Shown here piece by piece: positions 8,131 to 18,900 of a stretch of DNA of 64,000 bases. Numbering within the stretch: the stretch's first letter is position 1; each line of letters begins with the position of its first letter. Source of the DNA: a virus (taxonomy: Duplodnaviria > Caudoviricetes); IMG/VR virus record IMGVR_UViG_3300027763_000057, positions 3,525 through 67,524 of that record; one strand, 5' to 3'. The position numbers and the translations under genes are program-made. Below the pieces are notes generated by a model. It saw only the letters and a program-made list of their open reading frames with translations. It was not told the DNA's origin and did no database searches.

Positions 8131-8772
8131 ATGGCATACAATTTAAACGAAATATACAACTTCATGGTCTTTATTGTGCGTAAAGAAAGAGGTGTATTTG
8201 TTACAATACCTGAATTTGAGTCAACACTTGATAACGCACAAATAGAAGCTGTATCGGATTGGTTTGAATTATATGGTACAACGCAAAAAATTCATGATGC
8301 TATAAGAAAACTTCGTTCACAAGTTCAATTCACTTCTACATCAGACGGGCAAGTAGATTTTGCTTCCAATTACTTACATATGATTGGTGGTGCATATACT
8401 GTCACGGGTAGTACTATAAATTCAATAAGATTTGTAAATGAAGACGAGGTAGCATTAGCTTTAAAAAGTCAATTAAGACCGGTAAGTACTTCATTGCCAA
8501 TAGCTAGGGATACAGCAACCGGATTCCAAATATATCCACAAGTTGCTCAAACCGGTTTTTATAATTACTTAAGAAGACCATTAAAACCTGTTTATGGTTA
8601 TACTACATCAGGAAGAACAATAACATACGATAACGCTACAAGTACGCAGTTAGAATTTACAGATGTTTATATTAATAATATTATTTCAATAGCATTAAAG
8701 TTTTGGGGCATCAATATGGCTGAACAAGATATTCAGGCATTTGCACAAAATCAAACGCAAGAAACTAAATAA
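8131..8772 (+). CDS. structural protein (head-tail connector/ring-like)
   Basis: Position; YLRRP motif resembling crAss-like ring proteins. Confidence 0.55.
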   Translation: MAYNLNEIYNFMVFIVRKERGVFVTIPEFESTLDNAQIEAVSDWFELYGTTQKIHDAIRKLRSQVQFTSTSDGQVDFASNYLHMIGGAYTVTGSTINSIRFVNEDEVALALKSQLRPVSTSLPIARDTATGFQIYPQVAQTGFYNYLRRPLKPVYGYTTSGRTITYDNATSTQLEFTDVYINNIISIALKFWGINMAEQDIQAFAQNQTQETK

Positions 8773-8774
8773 AA

Positions 8775-9416
8775 ATGGCTAATAGCACTAAATACCTTTT
8801 GGCTGAACAAGTACAAACTAGATTAGCTGGTGGATTCAGGGATGCAAATCAACCTGTACAAAATGAAGATATAGTTAAAGCGATAGAGCAGATTATTAAC
8901 TCCATGTTTCAAATGCAGTATTACAATGCTACATTGCCAACAGGAGAAACTATTCCAGATAATCTAATGATAGCTTTTTATGAAAATATAACAGTAACAA
9001 CTCTTGGTGATAAATCGCAAGCAGTGTTGCCAATTGTTCCAATTTCTTTACCAAGAAATATGGGTGTTTATAGGGTTACAGACAATAAAGATAATGATTT
9101 TATTCCTGTTCCATTAGGTCAGGGGGCGTTATTGAGAGCGGATAAGTTATTAAATGATTTACTTGGTAATGTTTGGTTTGAAATAAGAAAAAACATTGTT
9201 ATTTTTTCAAAAGATATTTTATTGCTTGGTATTGATACGGTAAATATGTATTTGATTGTAATGGATATATCATTGTATTCAAATACAGAGCCATTGCCAA
9301 TACCGGCTAGTATGGAAGAAGAAATTGTCGAAAAGGCGTTTGCTAAATTTGCTACAGTTACTCCGGAAACAGGTATAGTTAACAATTATAGTTCAGCAAC
9401 ACAAAAAAATAATTAG
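8775..9416 (+). CDS. structural protein (tail ring-like)
   Basis: Position in tail operon; C-terminal PIPASMEEEIV. Confidence 0.5.
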   Translation: MANSTKYLLAEQVQTRLAGGFRDANQPVQNEDIVKAIEQIINSMFQMQYYNATLPTGETIPDNLMIAFYENITVTTLGDKSQAVLPIVPISLPRNMGVYRVTDNKDNDFIPVPLGQGALLRADKLLNDLLGNVWFEIRKNIVIFSKDILLLGIDTVNMYLIVMDISLYSNTEPLPIPASMEEEIVEKAFAKFATVTPETGIVNNYSSATQKNN

Positions 9417-9418
9417 AA

Positions 9419-10213
9419 ATGACTACAGCAAGTTTAGATTATATAGTTAAAAATTTCCTTTTAAAAAAAGGATACCCATTGCATTGGTATATGCAATTTA
9501 TGGTTTACGCATCCGATTGTCTTCGTGATATAACATTTGACGATTTGCGTGTTATAAATACAAAAATTCTTCCGGTTAATCAAGCTATTAATACAGCAGA
9601 ATTACCTGAAGATTATCAGGATTATGTTAATGTTAGCGTTATGGTTGGACAAAGAATACGACCATTGGTTCCTACATTGACATTAAATCCGTTAACAAGT
9701 TTAGATACAAATAGCAACTTTAATCCACAAGATTGGTCAGATAACTTAACGCCTCCGGATTCGAATAACGGACAAGCTCAACTATATTATGGCGCATTGC
9801 CTTATGCTCAATGGTTTACAGTTCACTATAATGATTTTGGTGAAAATATTGGTAGGTTTTTTGGTTTAGGTGCAGGGTATCAAGAAGATACTTTTCAAGT
9901 TTTTAAAGAAAGAAATCAAATCCAAATAGACCAAAAATTATATGTTGAAAATGTAGTATTACAATATATTTCAGATGGTCAGTCAGCAGATGCTGCAACA
10001 TTAGTAGACCCTTATGCAATAAAAACAATTCAAGCATATATTGACTCTCAATTAAAGGCTCATAATAGAAATTATAATATGGGTGAAAAGCAATTATCGC
10101 AAAATGAATACATTCGTGAAAGAAAGATATTGAGAGCAAGAAAAGCTGATTGGAGTGTTGAAAAAATTAAGAGGATTGTACAAAAGAATACAATGGCAGC
10201 GCCTAAATCATAA
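9419..10213 (+). CDS. structural protein (tail tubular-like)
   Basis: LPEDYQDYV...LQYISDG motifs; position. Confidence 0.55.
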   Translation: MTTASLDYIVKNFLLKKGYPLHWYMQFMVYASDCLRDITFDDLRVINTKILPVNQAINTAELPEDYQDYVNVSVMVGQRIRPLVPTLTLNPLTSLDTNSNFNPQDWSDNLTPPDSNNGQAQLYYGALPYAQWFTVHYNDFGENIGRFFGLGAGYQEDTFQVFKERNQIQIDQKLYVENVVLQYISDGQSADAATLVDPYAIKTIQAYIDSQLKAHNRNYNMGEKQLSQNEYIRERKILRARKADWSVEKIKRIVQKNTMAAPKS

Positions 10214-10218
10214 TAGAA

Positions 10219-13200
10219 ATGTTAAGAGATAAAAAATTATTTACTGGCGGAACAAATCAAGACGACTCATTGCATTTATTGGATGACGCTCAATATTTGA
10301 GGCTAATGAACGGGCGCGTGGGGGTTACGCAATATGGTAAAAATTATCGTGTAGAAGGCGTGCCGGGAACTACATCTATAACACAATCAGTATATCCTCC
10401 TTATGGAACAAATATATGTATAGGAAGCTGTGTAGATATTGAAGGTCAAAGATTGATTTGGTTTGTATATAATACATCTACTGACCACGGGATTTATGCA
10501 TTTGATTTTACAACATCTACAACATATGCCGTATTATACGATAGTCAAGTTGCAGGAGGATTAAATTTTGATAAAAATTACAGGATTGATAAAAATTGCA
10601 AGGTTAATCAAGGGTTACTTTATTGGACAGATAATTATAACGAACCTAAAAAGATTAATATTGATAGCGGTATAAAATTAAATTACCCGTCATATAATAC
10701 TGATGCTAGAGCCTACACAAGTTTAACTGACTCTTATGAGATTATGTTAATAAGAAGACCTCCTGTGTACGCTCCTTCAATAGTAAAGCAATACGACAAC
10801 CAATTTATAAATAATTTTATAGCAAATCGTTCTTGGTTATTTGCGTGGCAATATGTTTATTTTGATGGAGAAGAAAGTGTTCTTGGTGAATATTCAGTTG
10901 CTTCGATGTTAAATCTAGTAGAGTTGGGTGTGCCAGAGTTGTATAATCATATATATTGTACTTTAAATCTATTAGAAAAAATACCACAAACTGCAAGAAT
11001 AATAAGACTTGTTGCTAAAGATGAACTTACCAATTCGGCAAATGTAATTAAGACATTTGATAAATTAATAGACGAACAACCATTCATAGCTCATAATAGC
11101 GGAGCAACGCAGCTTTCTTTTGATTATTACGGCGATGTAACAGGAGCTACTATCCCTAGCTCAATTGCTTCAAAGCCATTTGATAGCGTTCCCATACTTT
11201 CAACTACAATGGAAAGCGCAACAAATAGAATGTTTTTGGCTAATAACCTATCTGGTTATGACACCCCAACTACAACTTCGTTAGCTGTAACTCAAACAAC
11301 GGCAATAGCCGGTGCTAATAAAAGATTTTTTAAAAGCGAATCTTCTTATCAATTGGGTGTTGCTTTTTATGATAAAGCAAGAAGAAAGTGCGGTGTTGTA
11401 ACAAAAAATAATAATATTACGACTACTCCAGAAAAAGTATATACCCCAAATAGTAATTTTAATGTAATTCCTATAATAGCAAATTACGATTTTGCTGTTG
11501 ACAATAACTTTGAATTTAGTATAGCACAATTAGGTAATTTTACCGCAAGCGGCGGGGGTCCCGGAAATGGTAGGGCATTTACCGCTACAGCAGCTTTAAC
11601 TGCTAATATATATGTAAATATAATTGGCAGTGTAACGGCATTAACACCTCCATATACAATATTTAGGATAAGAATACTTAAAAATTACGGTGTTATAATA
11701 GCAGAGCAATTTATTGATACAGCATCAATGGGCTTGCCGTATTATTTTAATTCTACTTTGACTTTAAGCAACTATTCTATATTAATTGGTGATGTATTTC
11801 AAGTTCAATTTATAAGTGCGGGTATTTGCGAATTGGAGTGTTATGGCGGCTCTCCTTTTACAATAGCATCATCTAGTACCGCATCAAGTAATGTATTAAC
11901 ACTTAATTGGGCATTAAACAATAACAATAGGTTAAATGAAATACCTAGTTGGGCTTATTATTATTCTATTTTAAGAACAGGAAATTTAAAAACAAGATAT
12001 TTTATAGATTCTTATAGTAAGACTAACAAATATGCATCTAAAAACTTATCATTAACATCTCCTAACTTTGCTACTTATACTTATTCGGATACTTGGAGCG
12101 CTACTACAACCAATGCGATAGCGATAGATACAACTGTATTATTACAATCCGGATTAGGGTATAATTATACAGAAGGTGATGTGTGTGTGCTTATTAATAG
12201 CAGTAGTGTAAGATATGAGTTGCCGGTTATAGGTCAAGATGGAGCGTATATATTATTAAAATCAGCCTATTTAGTAAACTCATTATTAAATATTCCGTAC
12301 ATATACGAAATATATACTCCATACATAAGAGGAGAAAATGAACCTTTTTACGAGGTTGGTAATGTGTACGCAGTAACAAATGCAGGAACAGTCAATAGGC
12401 AATATTCTACATTGTCTGGTAGTTTAATAGGGGATATTTTTGTATTTCAAAGACAATTTAATAATAGCATATATTATTATGTAGAAGCAATGTCGCCAAA
12501 TGACCTTTTTTTTAGAAATTGGTTTACTGATGAGGGGTTTGTTAATTTTGTTATTTTATTAGGACAAAATAGAAATGAACACGAAATTAGATATTCTAAT
12601 GTGTTTACAGCCGGAACTCAAAATAATGGATTAAGCACATTTGAGGCTTTAAATTATAAAACAATTCCATTAGGCACAGGTAGCATACAAAAACTACAAT
12701 TAGCGTCAAAAACGACAGAGCAAGGCGTTGTAATGTTATCTATTGGTTCTTTCCAAACTGCATCATGCTATTTGGGTGAAACTCAATTGGTTGGAGCAGC
12801 AGCTAACTCTTCTATAATTGCAGACACCTCTGTAATAGGTACAGTTAATGTATTAAAAGGAATGTTTGGAACTACCGCTCCAGAAACGGTAGTTGAATAT
12901 TTGGGTGTAATATTTTGGTATGATTTAAATAATGGAACTATTGTTCAATATAGCTCAAACGGGCTATTCCCGATAAGTTCTTATAAACAAGAGAAGTTAT
13001 TTAAAAATTACGCAAAAGGTTATTTAGCAGCAAGCGACGGTAATTTAGATAATATCAATGGATTTCATCATATACCAACATACGTTGACCCTTATCACAA
13101 AGAACTTGGTGTAACATTGCCGGGATTAATTTATGAAAATTATGCTGATACATTACCTAGTTATTCTTTAGTCCCATCTTACGCATCTTCTATTATTAAT

Positions 13201-13773
13201 AGATTTGATATGTCTGATGGGTTAGCTAAAACCGTGACTTTTAATATTCAAGAAAACAAATGGATAAGTGATTATCAATTTATTGCAGAACAATATGATT
13301 ATTTTGACAACAGAATGTTTGGATGGAAAAATGGCGCTTTATATGAATTTAATACAAATAGCTCTACATGGAACACTTGGTTTGGACAACAATACCCTGT
13401 GAGAATATGTTGGGTTTTGAATAAGCCATTGAGCGGATTAAAGGATATGGCTGAAATTGTAATAGAAGGTAGTCAAGCGCCTAATTTTACGGTCATCTAC
13501 ACAACATTACCAAATACTCAAATTACTGATTTGACAAGTTCTGATTTTACAAATCAAGAAGGTATTTTGTATGCTAGAATATTGAGGGATAGGTTATCTC
13601 CAAATACAACAGGAACGGCAGACCAAAAGCTTAATACCGGAGATGTTGTGCTTTCTCAAATCCCGCAAATTATGACTGAATTTCAATCTTACAACTCAAT
13701 AATTTATGTTAATTTTGTTGATGTAGGGTTTAATTTATCAAGAGGACAAAATTTTATTCTAGGAAATCAATAA
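10219..13773 (+). CDS. tail stabilisation/nozzle protein
   Basis: Beta-rich, LYWTDNYNEPKKIN, NRMFLAN, YQLGVAFYD motifs typical of crAss-like stabilisation proteins. Confidence 0.7.
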   Translation: MLRDKKLFTGGTNQDDSLHLLDDAQYLRLMNGRVGVTQYGKNYRVEGVPGTTSITQSVYPPYGTNICIGSCVDIEGQRLIWFVYNTSTDHGIYAFDFTTSTTYAVLYDSQVAGGLNFDKNYRIDKNCKVNQGLLYWTDNYNEPKKINIDSGIKLNYPSYNTDARAYTSLTDSYEIMLIRRPPVYAPSIVKQYDNQFINNFIANRSWLFAWQYVYFDGEESVLGEYSVASMLNLVELGVPELYNHIYCTLNLLEKIPQTARIIRLVAKDELTNSANVIKTFDKLIDEQPFIAHNSGATQLSFDYYGDVTGATIPSSIASKPFDSVPILSTTMESATNRMFLANNLSGYDTPTTTSLAVTQTTAIAGANKRFFKSESSYQLGVAFYDKARRKCGVVTKNNNITTTPEKVYTPNSNFNVIPIIANYDFAVDNNFEFSIAQLGNFTASGGGPGNGRAFTATAALTANIYVNIIGSVTALTPPYTIFRIRILKNYGVIIAEQFIDTASMGLPYYFNSTLTLSNYSILIGDVFQVQFISAGICELECYGGSPFTIASSSTASSNVLTLNWALNNNNRLNEIPSWAYYYSILRTGNLKTRYFIDSYSKTNKYASKNLSLTSPNFATYTYSDTWSATTTNAIAIDTTVLLQSGLGYNYTEGDVCVLINSSSVRYELPVIGQDGAYILLKSAYLVNSLLNIPYIYEIYTPYIRGENEPFYEVGNVYAVTNAGTVNRQYSTLSGSLIGDIFVFQRQFNNSIYYYVEAMSPNDLFFRNWFTDEGFVNFVILLGQNRNEHEIRYSNVFTAGTQNNGLSTFEALNYKTIPLGTGSIQKLQLASKTTEQGVVMLSIGSFQTASCYLGETQLVGAAANSSIIADTSVIGTVNVLKGMFGTTAPETVVEYLGVIFWYDLNNGTIVQYSSNGLFPISSYKQEKLFKNYAKGYLAASDGNLDNINGFHHIPTYVDPYHKELGVTLPGLIYENYADTLPSYSLVPSYASSIINRFDMSDGLAKTVTFNIQENKWISDYQFIAEQYDYFDNRMFGWKNGALYEFNTNSSTWNTWFGQQYPVRICWVLNKPLSGLKDMAEIVIEGSQAPNFTVIYTTLPNTQITDLTSSDFTNQEGILYARILRDRLSPNTTGTADQKLNTGDVVLSQIPQIMTEFQSYNSIIYVNFVDVGFNLSRGQNFILGNQ

Positions 13774-13798
13774 ATTGTTTAATTTTAAATAAAAAATT

Positions 13799-14371
13799 AT
13801 GTCATTAATAGGAGCAGGAGCAATACTAGGCGGAGTCGGAGCATTGGGTAAATCAATATATGGTATTACTCAAATGGGTAAGGCTAATAAAATAAATCCA
13901 GTATTTGCTAAATATGAAAAAAATCCATTAGCAGAACAAAATTTAGGAGCTGCAAGTAATTTGTTTTACGGTAGAAATCGTGCGTTTACACAAGCACAGG
14001 CTAATATCGGACAAGCTCAAGCAAACCGAATGGCTAACGCTCAACGAAATGCAACCGATTCGGCTACTTTATTAGCTACAGGAGCGGACGCAGCCGGACA
14101 AACTGAACTTGCTTTTTCAAATTTAGCTGGTTCGGAAGCTCAACAACAAGCAGGAGTTTTAGATAATTTAAGTAGAGCTTACGCAATGTCTATTAACGAG
14201 GGTGACAAAGTGCAAGCAAATAAAATGATGAAATTTCAAATTGACGCTCAAGCTCAATCGGCATTAAGAGAATCCGGCATGGGTAATATATTTGGCGGCG
14301 TTAGTGATATTGCTGGCGGGCTAATGCAGTATGGCAATTATAAGAATATAGCAGACGCTTTAAAAAAATAA
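13799..14371 (+). CDS. putative ejection/pilot protein
   Basis: Gly/Ala-rich hydrophobic ends with Ala/Gln helical core. Confidence 0.55.
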   Translation: MSLIGAGAILGGVGALGKSIYGITQMGKANKINPVFAKYEKNPLAEQNLGAASNLFYGRNRAFTQAQANIGQAQANRMANAQRNATDSATLLATGADAAGQTELAFSNLAGSEAQQQAGVLDNLSRAYAMSINEGDKVQANKMMKFQIDAQAQSALRESGMGNIFGGVSDIAGGLMQYGNYKNIADALKK

Positions 14372-14373
14372 AT

Positions 14374-15930
14374 ATGGCAGAGAATTTAGGTAGTTACGCA
14401 GTAAATCTTCCAAAAATATTTCAATCGCCGGGAGAAGCCTTGCAATCCGCAACAGGAACGGCAGAAAGATTATTGCAAATGAAGCAAGCCGAAGACGCAA
14501 GAAGTCAAGCGGCAGCCGAAAGAAAAGCAAGAGAATTAGAAAGTGATAGATTAAGGGGTATGGCGATAATTGAGTCTGGTGTTAAATTAGATAAATTACC
14601 TCCTGATGAACAGGCTTATCTTGTAGGTCAAGAAGCTGTGTCTAAATTAAAATCTAATTTAATGACACAATTAAATAATAAAACAATTGACCCTATTGCA
14701 TTGCAAACTCAAGTAGATAATGGAATGAAGGGTATTACAAATGCATCAAATACATTTATTTTAGAGTATAATCAAGCCGATGAGATTGCAAATCAATTAG
14801 CAAAAGATAATCCTTCAATAGACATAGCAGCGCTTAAAAATGATTTAAGAGGCGATGTTAGAAATAGAAGAATTGCGCAAGGACAATTTATTGACCCAAC
14901 GCAAGTACAACCATCTTCTCTTATATCTCAAGTAACAAATCCAGAAAATTTATCCAAATATATTACAGAATACAATGCCTTGGATAAAGTCATGAGTAGC
15001 AAGCAATCTAGTGCGCCTATTAGGGCTAAACTTGGTACACCTCAAGAACATACTATTTATGGAGGACAAGTTGGATTTTGGGCTAAACCAACATTTGAAA
15101 CAGACCCTATGGGTTTTATAAAAAAAGGTGGAAAAACTCCATCTATGACGGATACTGGTACAGAGATAAGAAACGAGCCGCTTCCTGCTAATTCATTAAA
15201 AGGGGTTGATAAACCATTAGATATGGTTCCAGAGGGCGTGTATCAAAAATTTACAACCGATGGCGGGAATCAAAGTAAATCTGAAATTATCGCATTAGCA
15301 CAAAAGCAATTCCCAACTTATAAAAACTTTTCTCCGCAAGAAAAAGAATTTGCTAATAGAAATGCTTTGTATAATTATTTGAAAAATAAAGATAGAGATG
15401 GTTTTGCAGGAATAGGGGAAGTTTCATATAATCCTCCTCCATCATATGCAGGGCAAAAGTCAACAGAAGGAGAAAGAAAAGCAGCTAAAATTGGACAATA
15501 TTTAGATACATTTACAAATGCTATTAAATCCAATGACGTAGATAATATAAAAGCTTTGGCTGGTAAACTTTATGGTTTAGGTGGCGGTAAATCAAAGTTT
15601 TCTAAAATAGAGATTTATAAAAGACCGGATGGAACAGTTACTGGAGTGCAATTAAAGTATGTAGATAGCAAAGGCAAAATGGCGGGTGGCGATATTATTA
15701 AAGCGGATGACCCGTATTTAAGAGATAAGCTTCAAGGTTCTTATCAGCAAATATCAGGTAGCGAAAGCGCAGCTGAAATTGAAAATTTACCGGAATCGGG
15801 GGGAAAAACAAAGCCAAAACCATCTGCGAATAATAAAATTACCGTAATTTTAGATGGTGAAGAAGGTGTTATAGATGCATCTAAATGGGAGGCTTTTAGA
15901 AAGAAATATCCAACAGCAAAAAGAAAATAA
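14374..15930 (+). CDS. putative internal virion/ejection protein
   Basis: Helical; lies between pilot-like gene and giant gene. Confidence 0.5.
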   Translation: MAENLGSYAVNLPKIFQSPGEALQSATGTAERLLQMKQAEDARSQAAAERKARELESDRLRGMAIIESGVKLDKLPPDEQAYLVGQEAVSKLKSNLMTQLNNKTIDPIALQTQVDNGMKGITNASNTFILEYNQADEIANQLAKDNPSIDIAALKNDLRGDVRNRRIAQGQFIDPTQVQPSSLISQVTNPENLSKYITEYNALDKVMSSKQSSAPIRAKLGTPQEHTIYGGQVGFWAKPTFETDPMGFIKKGGKTPSMTDTGTEIRNEPLPANSLKGVDKPLDMVPEGVYQKFTTDGGNQSKSEIIALAQKQFPTYKNFSPQEKEFANRNALYNYLKNKDRDGFAGIGEVSYNPPPSYAGQKSTEGERKAAKIGQYLDTFTNAIKSNDVDNIKALAGKLYGLGGGKSKFSKIEIYKRPDGTVTGVQLKYVDSKGKMAGGDIIKADDPYLRDKLQGSYQQISGSESAAEIENLPESGGKTKPKPSANNKITVILDGEEGVIDASKWEAFRKKYPTAKRK

Positions 15931-15932
15931 AA

Positions 15933-18900
15933 ATGCCAGAAGAACAAAATAATCCGTTTGCAGAATTTGGTGGCGAGGTAGTAAAAAAAGAAACAAATCC
16001 GTTTGCAGAATTTGGTGGAGAATTAAAAAAAAAAGACAAAGCTACACGTTCAGGATATTCGGTTACACCATTACCATCTCAAGATAAATTTGATATAGGA
16101 GAAGAAGTGGCTACTATTGGATATAAAAGTCCAATAGGTAAAGCTATTCAGAAAGACAAAATTAAAGGTAGCAATGTAGCCGGAGTGTATAATACATTAG
16201 TCGGAAGTTTATCGTCAATTATGGGAGGCGGCGCTTATATGGCTGATATACTTGGCGCTCAACCTTATATGCCATTAAGCGTTAGAATCGCTAATGCTGA
16301 CGCAGATAGAAAAAAAGCTGTTAGTTTTATAGAACAGGCTAGAATAGAAAAAGGTTTTCCATTAATAACTCCAACAGGAGTAGATTGGATTGGCTCAAGC
16401 AAGCAATTTGAACAGCAACAAAGTGAGTTTGATGTTACTCCAAAAGAAGGTGGAGGATTGTTTAGTGGAGTAGATTTTGAAGATGTTAGAGGGTTAGCTT
16501 TTCAAGCGCCTAAAACACTAGTAGAAATGGCTGCGGGTGGATTATCTGGTGGTTTGACATTTGCCCAACAATCAATTAATGATAATGCAAAAGAATTAGA
16601 AGAAAGTGGAGCTGGTGATAAATTAACTGATGTTCAAAAAGTAGGATATTTATTTACTCAAGCGGCAGCTCAAGCAGCTCTTGAAAAATTTTCTATAGAT
16701 AAAATATTAAAAAATACAGGTTTAGCTAAAAGTATAGAAAAGAAAATTACTGCAGAGGTTATTGAGGAATTTGCTCAAAAAGGCATAAAAGCTACTGCAA
16801 AAGAGGTTCAAGATGAGATGGTTAAAAAAGCAGCTAAACTATCTACTAAATTAAAAAATGTAGGAGTAAAAGGATTGCAAAGTGCTTTTGTAGAAGGAAG
16901 CACAGAGGGGATTCAGCAAGCGGCTTCTGATGCTATAAAAGTAACAACTAATAAAATAGCAAAAAATGAAGTTTTCGATGAAGAGGATATAAATAAAAAT
17001 TTTTGGAAGAATGTTGTAAATAATACTGTTATGGGCGCTGCAATGGGAGGAGTCGCAGGCGCCGGGCTGCAAGGCTTAAGTAGTACAGATAAGGCAATTA
17101 GACAAGAAATTGCAAATGAAACTGATTTACAAAATATACAAGAGCAAATAAGCAAGCAGGTAGAAGAAGGTAATTTAACTCCGGAAGATGCAGAAGCGGC
17201 AAATATCACAGCGCAACAATACGCAGAAATTGCAGGGAAGATTCCTACAACAGTGTCAAAAGAAGATAAGTATAAAATTATAGGTGGTATTTCGCAAAGA
17301 AATAGCTTGCAGCAAGATTTGCAAAAAGCTCGTGAAGAGATGATGGATGTTGACCCTATATTTAGAAAAGAAAAGCAAGACCAAGTTGATTTAATACAAG
17401 CTAAAATAGATGAAACAGGTGATTATTTAGAAGGTCTTGCAACAGGAAAGAAGCCAAGATACATTAAAAGAGATGGTAGAAAAGGAGAAGAAACTACCTA
17501 TTATAAAGTTGATGAAAATGGAGATAGCACTCCAATAAGTCAAGCTCGTTATGATTTAGCTAAAGCAATTAAAAAAGAAGATAGTAGAAAGAAAGCTCCT
17601 GTTGATGAAAACAGACGCAGAAGAGTAGAGCAATTTGATATATTATATGGTGTTAAATCAAACAATCCAGAATTTGATTTTCCTAATTCATTTGAAGAGT
17701 TTAATAAGAAAATAGATAGCGACCCTAACTATTTATCTGATTTATACAAAAGAGCAAAAAAGTACAAAGAAACAGGAGAAATTGCTGAAGACGAAATGGG
17801 TACAGAAGCGTCTTTCATAGATGCTATAAATCCGCCTGTAGAAAAGGATATTACAATAGGCGAGATTGTAGATAAAAAAGGTACATACAAAAACGAAAAA
17901 GGAACTTTCTTACAAGAGGGTGGTAATATCGTATTTAAAAATGAAGCTTCAGGAGAAAAATATGAAGTAGGTAAGGCGGCTGAAATACAAGAGAAGCCAG
18001 CGTCAGAATTTGATATTAAATATGACGAGTCTTTAGTTGCAATTGACGATAAAGGCAATATAAGTGTAAGAGAAAAGCCTTACATAAACAGATATTCAAA
18101 TCCATTAAAGGCTATTAATAAAGATGAAAATGGAAATATAGTTTCCGTTAATTTGGAAACAGCTGATGGTAAAAAGAGAACATTTAAGGGAAGTATAGCT
18201 GAAGATATAGCTTATCAAATAAACTTAAAAGAAAAAAGCAAAGAAGCACCTAAAGTTGAACCTAAAACCGAACCGGTTGTTGAAAAGCCTGTTCAGGTAA
18301 TTAAGCCGGTTAAACCAGTTGTTGAAGTAAAAGAAAAAATTGAAGAAGAAGTCAAACCGGTTGAGGTAAAGGAAAAACCTAAAACTAAAGTTGAGGAAAT
18401 TAAAACTAAAATAAAATCTAAATTAGAAAGTTTTAAAGAAAGGTTTGCTCCTGTAAAAAAAACATCTACGCAAGGTGAAAAAATTGCTGAAGCTAAAGAT
18501 GTTTATAAGAAAGTAAAAGAAATGGATGCTCCTTCTGACGGAGCGGAGATTGGGTTAAGGTATTTAGCGGATGGTGGTATAGTTAGTCAGGCTACTGTTG
18601 ATGAAATTGCAGGTACTACTGCTAATGTTAGAGCTACATTAAATACCGGAAGAAAAGTTAAAACAAAATCAGAGGAAAGCAAGTCTAGAGATTATGTTAG
18701 CGGTAACGAGTCGTTAGATGATTTAGTGCATAGATTATGGGAGGTAAATAAACAAAGGATTGATATAGATGATATTAAGGAGGCTTTGATGGATGAAATT
18801 GGAAATAATAATACAAGATTTGATGCAGCTAAAGCTTATTTAGAAAGATATAGTCCAGAATATACTCAAAAGTCATATGAGGACAGAATGAGCGAGCAGA